Position numbers and translations under genes: made by a program | NCBI GenBank assembly: GCA_017302615.1 | Contig: JAFLDB010000006.1 | Location: forward strand, 68,284-132,283 | Direction of reading: 5' to 3' | From: Sphingomonadales bacterium | GTDB taxonomy: Bacteria > Pseudomonadota > Alphaproteobacteria > Sphingomonadales > Sphingomonadaceae | Length of the DNA: 64,000 nucleotides | In this document: positions 1 to 9,976 of the stretch, piece after piece | Position numbering within the stretch: position 1 is the stretch's first letter | How the letters are laid out: each line of letters starts with the position of its first letter | Notes under the pieces: model-generated | The model's database searches: none | What the model saw: only the letters and a program-made list of their open reading frames with translations | What the model was told of the DNA's origin: nothing

Positions 1-252
1 GCCAGCCACCGGTCCAGACCCGCAAGACTTCGATGGGGTCCAGCGCGAAGCTCTGCCAATGCTGCGCCACATAGCCCAGCCGCGCGACGATCAGTCCGGC
101 GGCCAGCGCCCACCAGCCAAGGCTGGCCCCGCCCCGGCCGTGCCGGCGCTGGATCCAGTCGATCGCCCACAGGAACGCCAGCACCCCGCCCAGCGCAGCC
201 ACCCGGTCGAGCGCCAGCACCAGCGGGCCGATTGCCACGACATCGCCGGGGT

Positions 253-807
253 TCACAGCCGCGCCTCCGCGGCGCGCCATTCGCCGGGGGCAAGACCGTC
301 CAGCGTCCAGTCTCCCACCGCCCAGCGGACCAGCCGCAGGGTGGGATGGCCGACCGCGGCGGTCATCCGGCGGACCTGGCGGTTGCGCCCTTCGCTGATG
401 GTCAGGCGGATCCAGCAATCCGGCACCGATTTCCTGAACCGCACCGGCGGATCGCGCGGCCATAGCTGCGGATCGGCGATGCGCTCCGCCTTGGCGGGGC
501 GGGTCAGGCCGTCGTTCAGCCGCACACCCCGGCGCAGCTGCGCCAGCGCGGCATCATCGATCTCGCCTTCCACCTGGACCAGATAGGTCTTGGGAAGCTT
601 GAAGCGCGGATCGGCAATCCGCGCCTGCAAACGCCCGTCATCGGTCAGCAGCAGCAGGCCTTCGCTGTCCCGGTCGAGCCGTCCGGCGGGGTAGACCCCC
701 GGCACCTTGATGAAGTCCGACAGCGTCGCCCGGGCCGATCCGGCAGTGCCGGAATCGGTAAACTGCGACAGAACGTTCATCGGCTTGTTGAACAGGATCA
801 GCGCCAT
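253..807 (-). CDS. rluE: rRNA pseudouridine synthase (RsuA/RluE family)
   Basis: Catalytic motif [17 protein letters not shown] and C-terminal [10 protein letters not shown]; no S4 domain, consistent with RluE. Confidence 0.85.
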   Translation of the reverse strand: MALILFNKPMNVLSQFTDSGTAGSARATLSDFIKVPGVYPAGRLDRDSEGLLLLTDDGRLQARIADPRFKLPKTYLVQVEGEIDDAALAQLRRGVRLNDGLTRPAKAERIADPQLWPRDPPVRFRKSVPDCWIRLTISEGRNRQVRRMTAAVGHPTLRLVRWAVGDWTLDGLAPGEWRAAEARL

Positions 808-934
808 GCCCCCGGCTTAGGCGAGGCCGCGCGGGCGCGAAAGCGGGGATTGTGCCTGACCTGTCCAAACGGGGACTTCACCCGTGCACTACCGCTGCTA
901 AGGATCAGGACAAAGAGACAAGGAACCACCGATC

Positions 935-2770
935 ATGCGCAAGCTTCCCGCCGCCCTTTCGGCTATCGCCATTGCCTTCAGCCTGACCGGGCTGGCCGCC
1001 TTCAGCCAGGCGCCGGCCACCCCGACAGCCGCCGTGCCGGCCAGCGAGGATGCGCGGCTGACCGAGTTCCTCGATGCTGAGTTTGCCGAGCTGGTGAAGC
1101 GCCAACCGCAGCTGGCGACGCGGCTGGGGATCAAGGACGGCGGCGATCGCTGGAACGATATCGGCGATGCCGCCGCAGCCGAGCTGGTCGCCTGGCGCAA
1201 GGCCAGCGCGGCGCGGATGAAAGCGCGGTTCGACCGGGCGAAGCTCTCCCCCGAAGGTCAGGTCAACTTCGATATCTGGGCGCTGGAGGCCGAGCGGGCC
1301 GAACTGTCGCACGCCAACCGGCTCTATCGCCCGCCGTTCTATTCGCGGCTCTATTCGGTCCACAGCCAGCTGCCTGACTTCCTGATCAACACCCACAGCG
1401 TCGAGGATGTGGCCGACCTCAGGAACTACATCGCCCGGCTGCGCGGGATGCCGGCAGTGCTGGACGTGGCGATTGCTCGCACGCGCGCCAGCGAGGCCGC
1501 CGGGATCCGGGTGCCGAAGTTCCAGGTCGAAACGATCATTTCCAGCAGCGAGAAGCTGACCAGCGGGGCGCCGTTCGGCCCCGGCGCGGATGCAGCGCTG
1601 TGGGCCGATGTGCAGGCCAAGGCCGGCGCGCTAGTCAAGGCCGGCAAGCTCAGCCAGAGCGAGGCCGATGCCCTGCTGCGCGATGCCGAGGCCGCGATCC
1701 TTGATCTCAAGCCCGCCTATGGCCGGGTGATCGCCTGGGCCAAGGAAAGTCTGCCGACCGCGCCCAGCGGCAAGGTCGGCGCGGTCACCCTGCCGGGGGG
1801 CCTCGCCTATTACGCCAACGAGCTGAAGCTCAACACCACGACCGACCTCACGGCCGACCAGATCCACGCGATCGGCCTGTCGGAAGTGGCGCGGATCGAG
1901 GCCGAGCAGGATGCCCTGGCCCGCCAGGCCGGGTTCAAGGACCGCCACGCTTTCTACGCCGAGCGGGCGCGGCTCTATCCGCCGGTCCCCTACAATGACA
2001 AACTGCGCAAGGAATACCTCGACACCGCCAACGCCTTCGTCGCGCGGACCCGCACGCTGCTCGGCCCGTGGTTCGGCACCCTGCCGGCCTACGGAATCGA
2101 AGTGGTGCGCGAGCCGGCCTTTTCCGAAGTGCCGGGCGGCGCGGCCCATGCCTCTGCCCCCAGCCCCGATGGCAAGCGCCCGGCGCGGACCTATGTCCAC
2201 CTGGTCGGCATGCGGCCCGATCCGGCGGCGATGTACACCCTGATGTGCCACGAAGCCGTCCCCGGCCACAACATGCAGGGCGATATCCAGGTCCGCCAGC
2301 AGGGCGGGCCGAAGTTCCGCGCGGTGACCGGCTATGTCGCATTCGGTGAAGGCTGGGCGCTTTATGCCGAGGCGCTGTGCAAGGAAATGGGCGCCTTCCC
2401 CGACATTGCCGCCGATTTCATGCGGCTGGATGCCGAACTGTTCCGCGCCGCGCGGCTGGTGGTCGATACCGGGCTCCACGCCAAGGGCTGGACCGAGGAA
2501 GAAGCGGTCACCTACATGCACAAGACCGGCCGCCAGCCGATCGAGCGCTCCCGCTCCGAGATCCGCCGCTACATCACCTTGCCGGGCCAGGCGACCGGTT
2601 ACAAGATCGGCATGATCAAGATCGTAGAACTGCGCCGCAAGGCCGAGCGCGAGCTGGGCGCGAAGTTCGACATCAAGGGCTTCCACGATCTGCTGATCGC
2701 GTCCGGATCGCAGCCGCTGTCGATCCTGGAGCGGCGGGTCGACGAGTGGATCGCCAAGCGGAAGGGGTAA
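935..2770 (+). CDS. DUF885 family secreted protein (putative metallopeptidase)
   Basis: Signal peptide; CHEAVPGHNMQ and AFGEGWALYAE motifs; C-terminal PGQATGYKIG...FHD typical of DUF885. Confidence 0.85.
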   Translation: MRKLPAALSAIAIAFSLTGLAAFSQAPATPTAAVPASEDARLTEFLDAEFAELVKRQPQLATRLGIKDGGDRWNDIGDAAAAELVAWRKASAARMKARFDRAKLSPEGQVNFDIWALEAERAELSHANRLYRPPFYSRLYSVHSQLPDFLINTHSVEDVADLRNYIARLRGMPAVLDVAIARTRASEAAGIRVPKFQVETIISSSEKLTSGAPFGPGADAALWADVQAKAGALVKAGKLSQSEADALLRDAEAAILDLKPAYGRVIAWAKESLPTAPSGKVGAVTLPGGLAYYANELKLNTTTDLTADQIHAIGLSEVARIEAEQDALARQAGFKDRHAFYAERARLYPPVPYNDKLRKEYLDTANAFVARTRTLLGPWFGTLPAYGIEVVREPAFSEVPGGAAHASAPSPDGKRPARTYVHLVGMRPDPAAMYTLMCHEAVPGHNMQGDIQVRQQGGPKFRAVTGYVAFGEGWALYAEALCKEMGAFPDIAADFMRLDAELFRAARLVVDTGLHAKGWTEEEAVTYMHKTGRQPIERSRSEIRRYITLPGQATGYKIGMIKIVELRRKAERELGAKFDIKGFHDLLIASGSQPLSILERRVDEWIAKRKG

Positions 2771-2772
2771 GG

Positions 2773-3669
2773 CTAAACCCCCAGCAGCCGCGTCGCCAGT
2801 GCCCGCACCTCGTCCGCCATGTCGTCGCGCTCCAGCGCGAGGGCCAGGGTGGCTTCGACAAAGCCGGTCTTGCTGCCGCAGTCGAACCGGCGGCCGGCAA
2901 AGGTCACGGCGTGGAACGGCTGCTGGCCGATCATCCGGGCCATCGCGTCGGTCAGCTGGATTTCCCCGCCGGCACCCTTTTCCTGCCCTTCGAGCACCCG
3001 CATCACTTCGGGCTGAAGGATGTAGCGGCCGGAAATGATCAGGTTGCTGGGCGCATCCTCGCGCTTGGGCTTTTCAACCAGTCCGGTCACTTCGGTGACG
3101 TGGTCCGAGACCTTGGCCCCCGGTGCGATCACGCCATAGGAGGAGACTTCCTCTTCCGGCACTTCCAGCACCGAGATCAGGTTGCCGCCATGTTCGTTAT
3201 AGGCCTCGACCATCTGCTTCATGCAGCCGGTCGAACCCTTGTGCGCGATCATCAGTTCATCCGGCAGGAAGATCGCGAAAGGCTCATCCCCCACGATCGC
3301 GCGGGCGCACCAGATCGCGTGTCCCAGGCCCATCGGCACCTGCTGGCGCACGGTTACCAGGTTGCCGGGCTGGATCCGGGTCGGCTCCAGCACGTCCAGT
3401 GTCTTGGCCCGGTCCTTCATGGTGGTTTCCAGCTCGAACGCCATGTCGAAATGTTCGACAATCGCGGTCTTGCCCCGGCCGGTCACGAAGATCAGCTGCT
3501 CGATCCCCGCCTCGCGCGCTTCATCGACCGCGTACTGGATCAGCGGCCGGTCGATGATCGGCAGCATTTCCTTGGGGATTGCCTTGGTGGCGGGGAGAAA
3601 ACGGGTGCCAAGTCCGGCGACGGGAAACACCGCCTTCTTGATCGGCTTGCGGGGAGGTTGATCGGTCAT
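2773..3669 (-). CDS. galU: UTP-glucose-1-phosphate uridylyltransferase
   Basis: KAVFPVAGLGTRFLPATKAIPKEMLP and GEIQLTDA motifs; start moved to ATG 3669. Confidence 0.95.
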   Translation of the reverse strand: MTDQPPRKPIKKAVFPVAGLGTRFLPATKAIPKEMLPIIDRPLIQYAVDEAREAGIEQLIFVTGRGKTAIVEHFDMAFELETTMKDRAKTLDVLEPTRIQPGNLVTVRQQVPMGLGHAIWCARAIVGDEPFAIFLPDELMIAHKGSTGCMKQMVEAYNEHGGNLISVLEVPEEEVSSYGVIAPGAKVSDHVTEVTGLVEKPKREDAPSNLIISGRYILQPEVMRVLEGQEKGAGGEIQLTDAMARMIGQQPFHAVTFAGRRFDCGSKTGFVEATLALALERDDMADEVRALATRLLGV

Positions 3670-3772
3670 GTCGCCCTTTAGACAGGATCGTGTTGCAGGC
3701 GTGTTAAAGCGGTTTCCACTGCGTTGCGCAACGCCCGGTTGCTGCAATTGCAAATCGCGCTAAACCGCTGCC

Positions 3773-5056
3773 ATGGACAAGATCATCATCCAGGGCGGCA
3801 AGCCCCTTTCCGGCACCATCACGATTTCCGGCGCGAAGAATTCGGCTTTGACGCTGGTCCCTTGCGCGCTGCTGACCGACGAGCCGCTGACCCTGCGCAA
3901 CCTGCCGCGACTGGCCGACATCGACGGGTTCCAGCACCTGATGAACCAGTTCGGTGTGTCGACCTCCATCGCCGGCAGCCGGCCGGAGGATTTCGGCCGG
4001 GTGATGACATTCGAAGCACCGCGCATCACCAACACGGTCGCGCCCTATGAACTGGTCCGCAAGATGCGCGCTTCGATCCTGGTGCTCGGCCCGATGCTGG
4101 CCCGGATGGGCGAGGCGACCGTTTCGCTGCCCGGCGGCTGCGCGATCGGCAACCGCCCGATCGACCTGCACCTGAAAGCGCTGGAAGCGATGGGCGCGAC
4201 GATCGAACTGGCCGCCGGTTACGTCAAGGCGATTGCCCCCGATGGCGGCCTGCCGGGCGGGCGCTATTCCTTCCCGGTCGTCTCGGTCGGCGCGACCGAG
4301 AACGCGGTGATGGCCGCCGTGCTGTGCACCGGCAAGACCGTGCTGCACAACGCCGCGCGCGAGCCGGAAATCGTCGACCTGTGCAAGCTGCTGGTGGCGA
4401 TGGGCGCCCAGATCGAGGGGATCGGCACCAGCGATCTGACCATCCACGGCGTGCCGCGCCTGCACGGGGCGACTTACCGCGTGATGTCTGACCGGATCGA
4501 GGCCGGATCCTATGCCTGCGCCGCTGCGATCACCGGGGGCGAGGTGTTCCTGAAGCACGCCGTGGCCGACGAAATGGACGCCACCATCCAGGCGCTGCGC
4601 GATGCCGGTGTGCAGGTGGAGCCCAAGTCGGACGGGATTCGCGTATGGCGCGACGGACCGATGAAGGCGGTCACGCTGGCCACGGCCCCTTACCCCGGCT
4701 TTGCCACCGACATGCAGGCCCAGCTGATGGCCATGCTGTGCCTGGCCGAAGGCAGCTCGGTGCTGACCGAGACGATCTTCGAAAACCGCTACATGCACGT
4801 GCCCGAACTCAACCGGATGGGCGCGCATATCGAGACCAAGGGCCGCACCGCCGTGGTCCACGGGGTGCAGAAGCTGACCGGGGCCGAAGTGATGGCCACG
4901 GATCTCCGCGCCTCGATGAGCCTGGTCATCGCCGGGCTGGCCGCCGAAGGCGAAACCCAGGTCCACCGCCTCTACCACCTCGACCGCGGTTACGAGCGGC
5001 TGGAAGAAAAACTGGCCCTGGTCGGCGCGCAGATCGAGCGGGTCGGCGGGGATTGA
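3773..5056 (+). CDS. murA: UDP-N-acetylglucosamine 1-carboxyvinyltransferase
   Basis: [48 protein letters not shown] motifs. Confidence 0.97.
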   Translation: MDKIIIQGGKPLSGTITISGAKNSALTLVPCALLTDEPLTLRNLPRLADIDGFQHLMNQFGVSTSIAGSRPEDFGRVMTFEAPRITNTVAPYELVRKMRASILVLGPMLARMGEATVSLPGGCAIGNRPIDLHLKALEAMGATIELAAGYVKAIAPDGGLPGGRYSFPVVSVGATENAVMAAVLCTGKTVLHNAAREPEIVDLCKLLVAMGAQIEGIGTSDLTIHGVPRLHGATYRVMSDRIEAGSYACAAAITGGEVFLKHAVADEMDATIQALRDAGVQVEPKSDGIRVWRDGPMKAVTLATAPYPGFATDMQAQLMAMLCLAEGSSVLTETIFENRYMHVPELNRMGAHIETKGRTAVVHGVQKLTGAEVMATDLRASMSLVIAGLAAEGETQVHRLYHLDRGYERLEEKLALVGAQIERVGGD

Positions 5057-5170
5057 TCCCCGCCGCGGACGGCGTTAATTCGGCAGGTACCGGGGCAAAG
5101 CAACCTCCCGGTCAGGCGTTCAGCGCCCAAGCGTTGCCTTGACGGCCCGCTTTCCGGCGGGCGCTGAGGC

Positions 5171-6487
5171 ATGGAGTTTGGCGTGACCGCATCCCCCCCG
5201 ACCTTTTCCGATCTTGTCCGCACCTTTGCCCGGATCGGCTGCCTGAGTTTTGGCGGCCCGGCCGGGCAGATCGCATTGATGCACCGCGAAGTGGTGGAAG
5301 AGCGCCAGTGGGTAAGCGAGGAGAACTATCTCCACGCGCTCAATTTCTGCCACTTCCTGCCGGGGCCCGAGGCGCAGCAGCTCGCCACCTGGATCGGCTG
5401 GAAGCTGCACGGCTGGTGCGGCGGGCTGGCGGCCGGGCTGCTGTTCGTGGTGCCCGGCACGGCTGTCATTCTTGCACTGTCGGTGCTCTATGCCGTCGCG
5501 GCCGATCTGCACTGGTTCGCGGCGCTGTTCCTGGGGATCAAGGCGGCGGTGCTGGCCATCGTGCTGCAGGCGCTGATCCGGATTGCCGGGCGGGCGCTGA
5601 GCACGCGGTTCAAACAGGTGCTGGCGCTGGCGGCTTTCGTCGCTCTGGCGCTGCTGGCGCTACCCTTCCCGCTGGTGGTGCTGGGCGCGGGCGCGCTGGG
5701 CTTTGCCGTGGCGGCGCTGCGGCCGGACTGGCTTGGCATCAAACCCGGCGGCCCGGCCCCGGCCCTGCCGCCGCGCCCATGGGCGGCCAGCCTATGCTCC
5801 GTGCTGCTGTGGGGCACTGTCTGGGCCGCGCCGCTGGTGCTGGTGCTGCTCACGCTGGGGCGCGATCACGTGCTGTGGCAGATCGGGGCGTTCTTCTCGC
5901 AGCTGGCGGTCGTCACCTTTGGCGGGGCCTATGCGGTGCTGGCCTATATGGCGCAGGAGGCGGTTGGCACTTTCGGCTGGCTATCGACCGGGGAAATGGC
6001 CGACGGGCTGGGCCTGGCCGAAACCACCCCGGGGCCGTTGATCCTGGTCACGCAATTCGTCGGCTATCTTGCCGCGTTCCGCGCGCCGGAACCGTTCAGC
6101 CCGCTGGTGGCGGGCCTGCTGGGGGCCATGCTGACCACCTGGGTCACCTTTGCCCCGTGCTTCCTGTGGATCTTCACTTTCGCCCCGTGGATCGAGCGGC
6201 TGGAGCAGGCGGTTAAGCTGAAAGGCGCGCTGGCAGCGGTAACGGCGGCGGTGGTCGGCGTGATCGGCAGCCTGGCGCTGTGGTTTGCCGGGCACCTGCT
6301 GTTTGCGCGGTTCGGCTCGGGCCGTCCGGCCGACCTGCCGTTCGATCTGCCGGTATGGGCGAGCTTCGATTGGCGCGCGGCTCTGCTGGCATTGCTCAGC
6401 GCGGGCCTGCTGTTCGGCCTCAAATGGGGGGTGGTCCGGGTGCTGGCCGTGGCCGCGCTAGGGGGCCTTGCTCTCGCCCAGTTCTGA
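5171..6487 (+). CDS. chrA: Chromate efflux transporter, long-chain CHR family
   Basis: SFGGPAGQI, LPGPEAQQ, TFGGAYAV and ETTPGPLI motifs in two homologous halves; multiple TM segments. Confidence 0.9.
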   Translation: MEFGVTASPPTFSDLVRTFARIGCLSFGGPAGQIALMHREVVEERQWVSEENYLHALNFCHFLPGPEAQQLATWIGWKLHGWCGGLAAGLLFVVPGTAVILALSVLYAVAADLHWFAALFLGIKAAVLAIVLQALIRIAGRALSTRFKQVLALAAFVALALLALPFPLVVLGAGALGFAVAALRPDWLGIKPGGPAPALPPRPWAASLCSVLLWGTVWAAPLVLVLLTLGRDHVLWQIGAFFSQLAVVTFGGAYAVLAYMAQEAVGTFGWLSTGEMADGLGLAETTPGPLILVTQFVGYLAAFRAPEPFSPLVAGLLGAMLTTWVTFAPCFLWIFTFAPWIERLEQAVKLKGALAAVTAAVVGVIGSLALWFAGHLLFARFGSGRPADLPFDLPVWASFDWRAALLALLSAGLLFGLKWGVVRVLAVAALGGLALAQF

Positions 6488-6715
6488 AACCAGCCAGGCG
6501 ACCAGCCAGATCCGCACTGCACCAGCCAGGCCCGGCGGCACATCGGCGCGGATCCGCTCGGCATCGATCCGCGCCACCAGCGCATTGATCGGCACGCCCT
6601 CAGCGCTGGCCGCCTGCTTGAGCAGTTCCCAGAACAGCGGCTCCAGGCTGATCGAGGTCTTGTGCCCGGCAATCTCGACCGAGCGCTTGACCGGCGGGTG
6701 GAACGGAGTGGTCAT
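6458..6715 (-). CDS. Ribbon-helix-helix domain protein
   Basis: KRSVEIAGHKTSISLEPLFWELL signature of the alphaproteobacterial RHH family; 3' end overlaps chrA 3' end. Confidence 0.85.
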   Translation of the reverse strand: MTTPFHPPVKRSVEIAGHKTSISLEPLFWELLKQAASAEGVPINALVARIDAERIRADVPPGLAGAVRIWLVAWLVSELGESKAP

Positions 6716-6777
6716 GGGCTGCGGGATACGAAAAATTCGGGGTGTTCGGCAATGGCGCGGGAAACTAAACCACGGCC

Positions 6778-7545
6778 ATGTCCGACGGCTATCAGGCGCT
6801 GACCGCCAAAGAGAAGGAAGCCCTGCGGCTGCTGCTCAATGGCCATGATGCCAAGAGCATGGCCCGGTTGCTGGGCCTGTCGGTCCACACGGTGAACGAA
6901 CGGCTGCGCGATGCGCGGCGCAAGCTGGGCGTGACCAGCAGCCGCGAGGCCGCCCGGTTGCTGCGCGAGCGCGAGGGCCAGACCCCCGAATTGTTGGGGG
7001 ACAAGGGTTTCGGGGATGCCGCGGCGGCCGGTTCGGCGCAGGTCTTCCAACAGCCAGCTCAAGGCATCGGCAGCACGCGCCGCGCCGGCTGGATTGTTGG
7101 AGGATTGCTCATGTCCCTTGGCCTTGCCCTGTTCGCCCTGTCGGCCCTGTCCGGCCCCGGCCAGTCCGTGACGACGCCGGCTGTTCCCGCGCCGGCGGTC
7201 GCCCCGACCCCGGCCAGCGAGGCCGCCGCGATCGACGCGGCCCGCAAGTTCCTTGTCCTGCTCGACCGCGATGACTGGACCGCAAGCTGGCAGGCGACCC
7301 ACAAGTCGTTCCAGCTGCTCAACACGGTCGAATGGTGGACCCGGACCTCGCAGCAGGTTCGCGGCGAGGTCGGCACCGCGCAGGAGCGCGAACTGGCCAC
7401 CGTCACCTTCGCGCCCGCCCCGCCGGGGGGCTATTGGACGATCACGTTCAAGGCCCGTTACAGCAAGAAGGGCAGCGCCACCGAGACCCTATCGCTCGCC
7501 TGGCAGGACGGTGCGTGGAAAGTCGCTGGAGTGATGATCGAGTGA
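6778..7545 (+). CDS. LuxR-type HTH + hydrophobic segment + DUF4019-like domain
   Basis: LTAKEKEALRLL...LGLSVHTVNERLRDARRKLGV HTH; hydrophobic GWIVGGLLMSLGLALFALSAL; C-terminal ...ETLSLAWQDGAWKVAG resembles DUF4019. Confidence 0.75.
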   Translation: MSDGYQALTAKEKEALRLLLNGHDAKSMARLLGLSVHTVNERLRDARRKLGVTSSREAARLLREREGQTPELLGDKGFGDAAAAGSAQVFQQPAQGIGSTRRAGWIVGGLLMSLGLALFALSALSGPGQSVTTPAVPAPAVAPTPASEAAAIDAARKFLVLLDRDDWTASWQATHKSFQLLNTVEWWTRTSQQVRGEVGTAQERELATVTFAPAPPGGYWTITFKARYSKKGSATETLSLAWQDGAWKVAGVMIE

Positions 7546-7593
7546 CGCTTGAGTGGTGCCGGGGTGATAGTGGTGTCACCCCGGTCTACCGCT

Positions 7594-8316
7594 TCAGTAC
7601 ATGTGCTGACCGCCGTTGATGCTCATGGTCGAGCCGGTGATGAAACCGCCGTTCTCCGAAGTCAGGAAGGCCACCCCGCGGGCGATTTCCTCGGCATGGC
7701 CCAGGCGGCCGACCGGGATCTTGGCGACGATCTTTTCCAGCACCGGGGCCGGCACCGCGGCGACCATGTCGGTATCGATATAGCCCGGCGCGATGGCATT
7801 GACGGTCACCCCGTACTTTGCCCCTTCCTGGGCCAGGGCCTTGGTAAAGCCGTGGATTCCGGACTTGGCGGCGGCGTAGTTGACCTGCCCGTACTGCCCC
7901 GCCTGGCCGTTGATCGAGCCGATGTTGACGATCCGCCCCCAGCCCCGCTCGCGCATGCCGGGGAAAGTCGCCTTGGCCATGTTGAAACAGCCGCCCAGGT
8001 TGATCCGCATCACCTCGTTCCAGTCATCGAAGCTCATCTTGTGGAGCACCCCGTCGCGGGTGATCCCGGCGTTGTTGATGACGATGTCGACCGGTCCGAA
8101 TTCCGCAGCAATATCATTGCAGTTGTGGATGCAGGCCTCGTGATCGCCCACGTCCCAGCGGATCGCCGGGATGCCGGTGCGGGCCGTGAAGGCCTTGGCC
8201 TTTTCCTCGTTCCCGGCATAGTTGGCGATGACCGTGTGACCCTGCTTGTGCAGGCGCAGGCAGATCGCCTCACCGATACCCCTGGTTCCGCCGGTTACGA
8301 TTGCCACGCGCGCCAT
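7594..8316 (-). CDS. phbB: Acetoacetyl-CoA reductase (SDR)
   Basis: TGGTRGIG, NNAGITRD, GQYGQVNYAAAKSG, C-terminal SINGGQHMY. Confidence 0.92.
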   Translation of the reverse strand: MARVAIVTGGTRGIGEAICLRLHKQGHTVIANYAGNEEKAKAFTARTGIPAIRWDVGDHEACIHNCNDIAAEFGPVDIVINNAGITRDGVLHKMSFDDWNEVMRINLGGCFNMAKATFPGMRERGWGRIVNIGSINGQAGQYGQVNYAAAKSGIHGFTKALAQEGAKYGVTVNAIAPGYIDTDMVAAVPAPVLEKIVAKIPVGRLGHAEEIARGVAFLTSENGGFITGSTMSINGGQHMY

Positions 8317-8418
8317 GTGCTTCCTTTCCCCATTGCGGTCGATTCCGCTAGGGCAAGCTTATGGTCAGCCGCCCCCTCGGGCAAGCTGGCTGCATAGCTA
8401 TTAGCACTGACTTTGGTC

Positions 8419-9174
8419 TTAGAAGCGGAACTGGGTTCCGACGTAAACGGCCTGGCTGTCCTGCTTGCCATCCGTCAGCGGCAGCAGGCGGTCACGGTCC
8501 GACGTGACCCGCACCCCGGCGGTCAGATCGAGGTTGCGGGTAACGCGATAAGACCCGCCCACGCCCACGGTCTGGTCGCTCTGTTCAAAGGTTCGCGGGC
8601 TGCGCCCGGTCTTCTCGTGCTCGTCCAGCTCGATCCGCGGGGCGAAGCGCGATGGCTTTCCGGCCGAGCCTTGCTTGGGCTGATAGGCGGCCAGATCGGG
8701 CATTTCCGTCTGCCGGGTCTGCGGCAGCGAGGGCGCGGTGTTGTGCGCAAAACTGCGATAGCCACGCGCCGAACCAAGGCTGTAGGCAGTCGGCGCGATG
8801 CCCAGTCCGCCAGGCTGGCCCTGACCGGCTTCGGCTGCAACCGGGCGGCGCATCGCGGCAAGGCCCGCACCATCCAGCCGCACGGCCACTGTCACCGAAC
8901 CATCAGGACGGCTGGGGGTTGCCGCGGGGGTAAAGCGGAAGGTCCGGTCCTTGGACAAGGCCCGGACCGTGATCGAGCGGGCCAGCCGCGGATCAACCGC
9001 GGCGGGCTGAAACCCGCCATCGACCAGCGCGGGCGCAGCGGCGGGCGATTCGACCCGGTTGGCAAATGCCAGCACGGCCGAAGGCAGGGCCAGAATGCCG
9101 ACTGCGGCGAACAGCAGCCCGGAACCGGCGCTGCCGCCGCCCTTGCGTTGCTGCTGCTGGCTGATGCCGGCCAT
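8419..9174 (-). CDS. Hypothetical exported protein with C-terminal beta-strands (outer-membrane-like)
   Basis: N-terminal hydrophobic segment ending AVLA; amphipathic strands VGGSYRVTRNLDLTAGVRV; terminal YVGTQFRF. Confidence 0.6.
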   Translation of the reverse strand: MAGISQQQQRKGGGSAGSGLLFAAVGILALPSAVLAFANRVESPAAAPALVDGGFQPAAVDPRLARSITVRALSKDRTFRFTPAATPSRPDGSVTVAVRLDGAGLAAMRRPVAAEAGQGQPGGLGIAPTAYSLGSARGYRSFAHNTAPSLPQTRQTEMPDLAAYQPKQGSAGKPSRFAPRIELDEHEKTGRSPRTFEQSDQTVGVGGSYRVTRNLDLTAGVRVTSDRDRLLPLTDGKQDSQAVYVGTQFRF

Positions 9175-9441
9175 TCGCTTTGCCCTTTCATGGCGACAAC
9201 GATGTCGCCGCGCTCGCCCGATAATCGCCTATTTGGCTTCGGACTCCAAGCGCCAAATTGCGCAACCAGCGCTTAACTGCCGGTGAACATCGCACTGCGC
9301 CACGGCCCATTCAGGCCGGGTTCACGGCCCCGGCCGGTTATAGCGCGGCACAGCGGGCTTGCCGCGCGGGCCGCCTAAGCTATAGAGGCTGCGCACCAGC
9401 ACGCTGGCTGGACCATTGGCTTACAGGACCCGGATCGACAC

Positions 9442-9912
9442 ATGATTGGCAGCACTTCCCCCAAAGCGAGCATCCTGGGCCAGACCGCCCGCGCCGGGCT
9501 GATTGCCCTCGCCGCGTTGTCGGTGGCTGCCTGTGGCGGGGGCAAGGACCGTCCCAAAGCCGATCTCGCCGCTGCAAAGATCACCACGATCGGCGTCAAT
9601 TCCTACCTGTGGCGCGCCAGCCTTGAGGCGCTGAGCTTCATGCCGCTGCTGCAGACCGACAGCAATGGCGGGGTCATCGTGACCGACTGGTACGCCAACC
9701 CCAACAACCCGAACGAGCGGATGAAGGTGACTGTCACGATCCTCGACCAGGATCTGCGCGCCGATGCGCTGCGGGTTGCCGCCAGCCGTCAGACCCTGAC
9801 CAACGGGGTGTGGGTCGATGCGCCGGTGGCCGCCGCCACCGTGCAGAAGCTGGAAGACGTGATCCTGACCCGCGCCCGCGACCTGCGCCGCCAGGCCTCC
9901 GCCGGGAATTAA
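9442..9912 (+). CDS. DUF3576 family lipoprotein
   Basis: Lipobox-like LSVAAC; IGVNSYLWRASLEALSFMPL...DSNGGVIVTDWY; typical position upstream of leuS. Confidence 0.85.
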   Translation: MIGSTSPKASILGQTARAGLIALAALSVAACGGGKDRPKADLAAAKITTIGVNSYLWRASLEALSFMPLLQTDSNGGVIVTDWYANPNNPNERMKVTVTILDQDLRADALRVAASRQTLTNGVWVDAPVAAATVQKLEDVILTRARDLRRQASAGN

Positions 9913-9919
9913 GAGGAGC

Positions 9920-9976
9920 GAGGTCCCGCCTGCGGTCCCCGCTTGCGCGGGACCGGCGAGGCGTTAGAGGGACCTC
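9920..9976 (+). repeat. Nested GC-rich inverted repeat (REP-like hairpin) ending at the leuS start
   Basis: GAGGTCCC (9920-27) pairs with GGGACCTC (9969-76); CGCCT pairs with AGGCG; inner CGGTCCCCGC-TTGC-GCGGGACCG. Confidence 0.7.
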
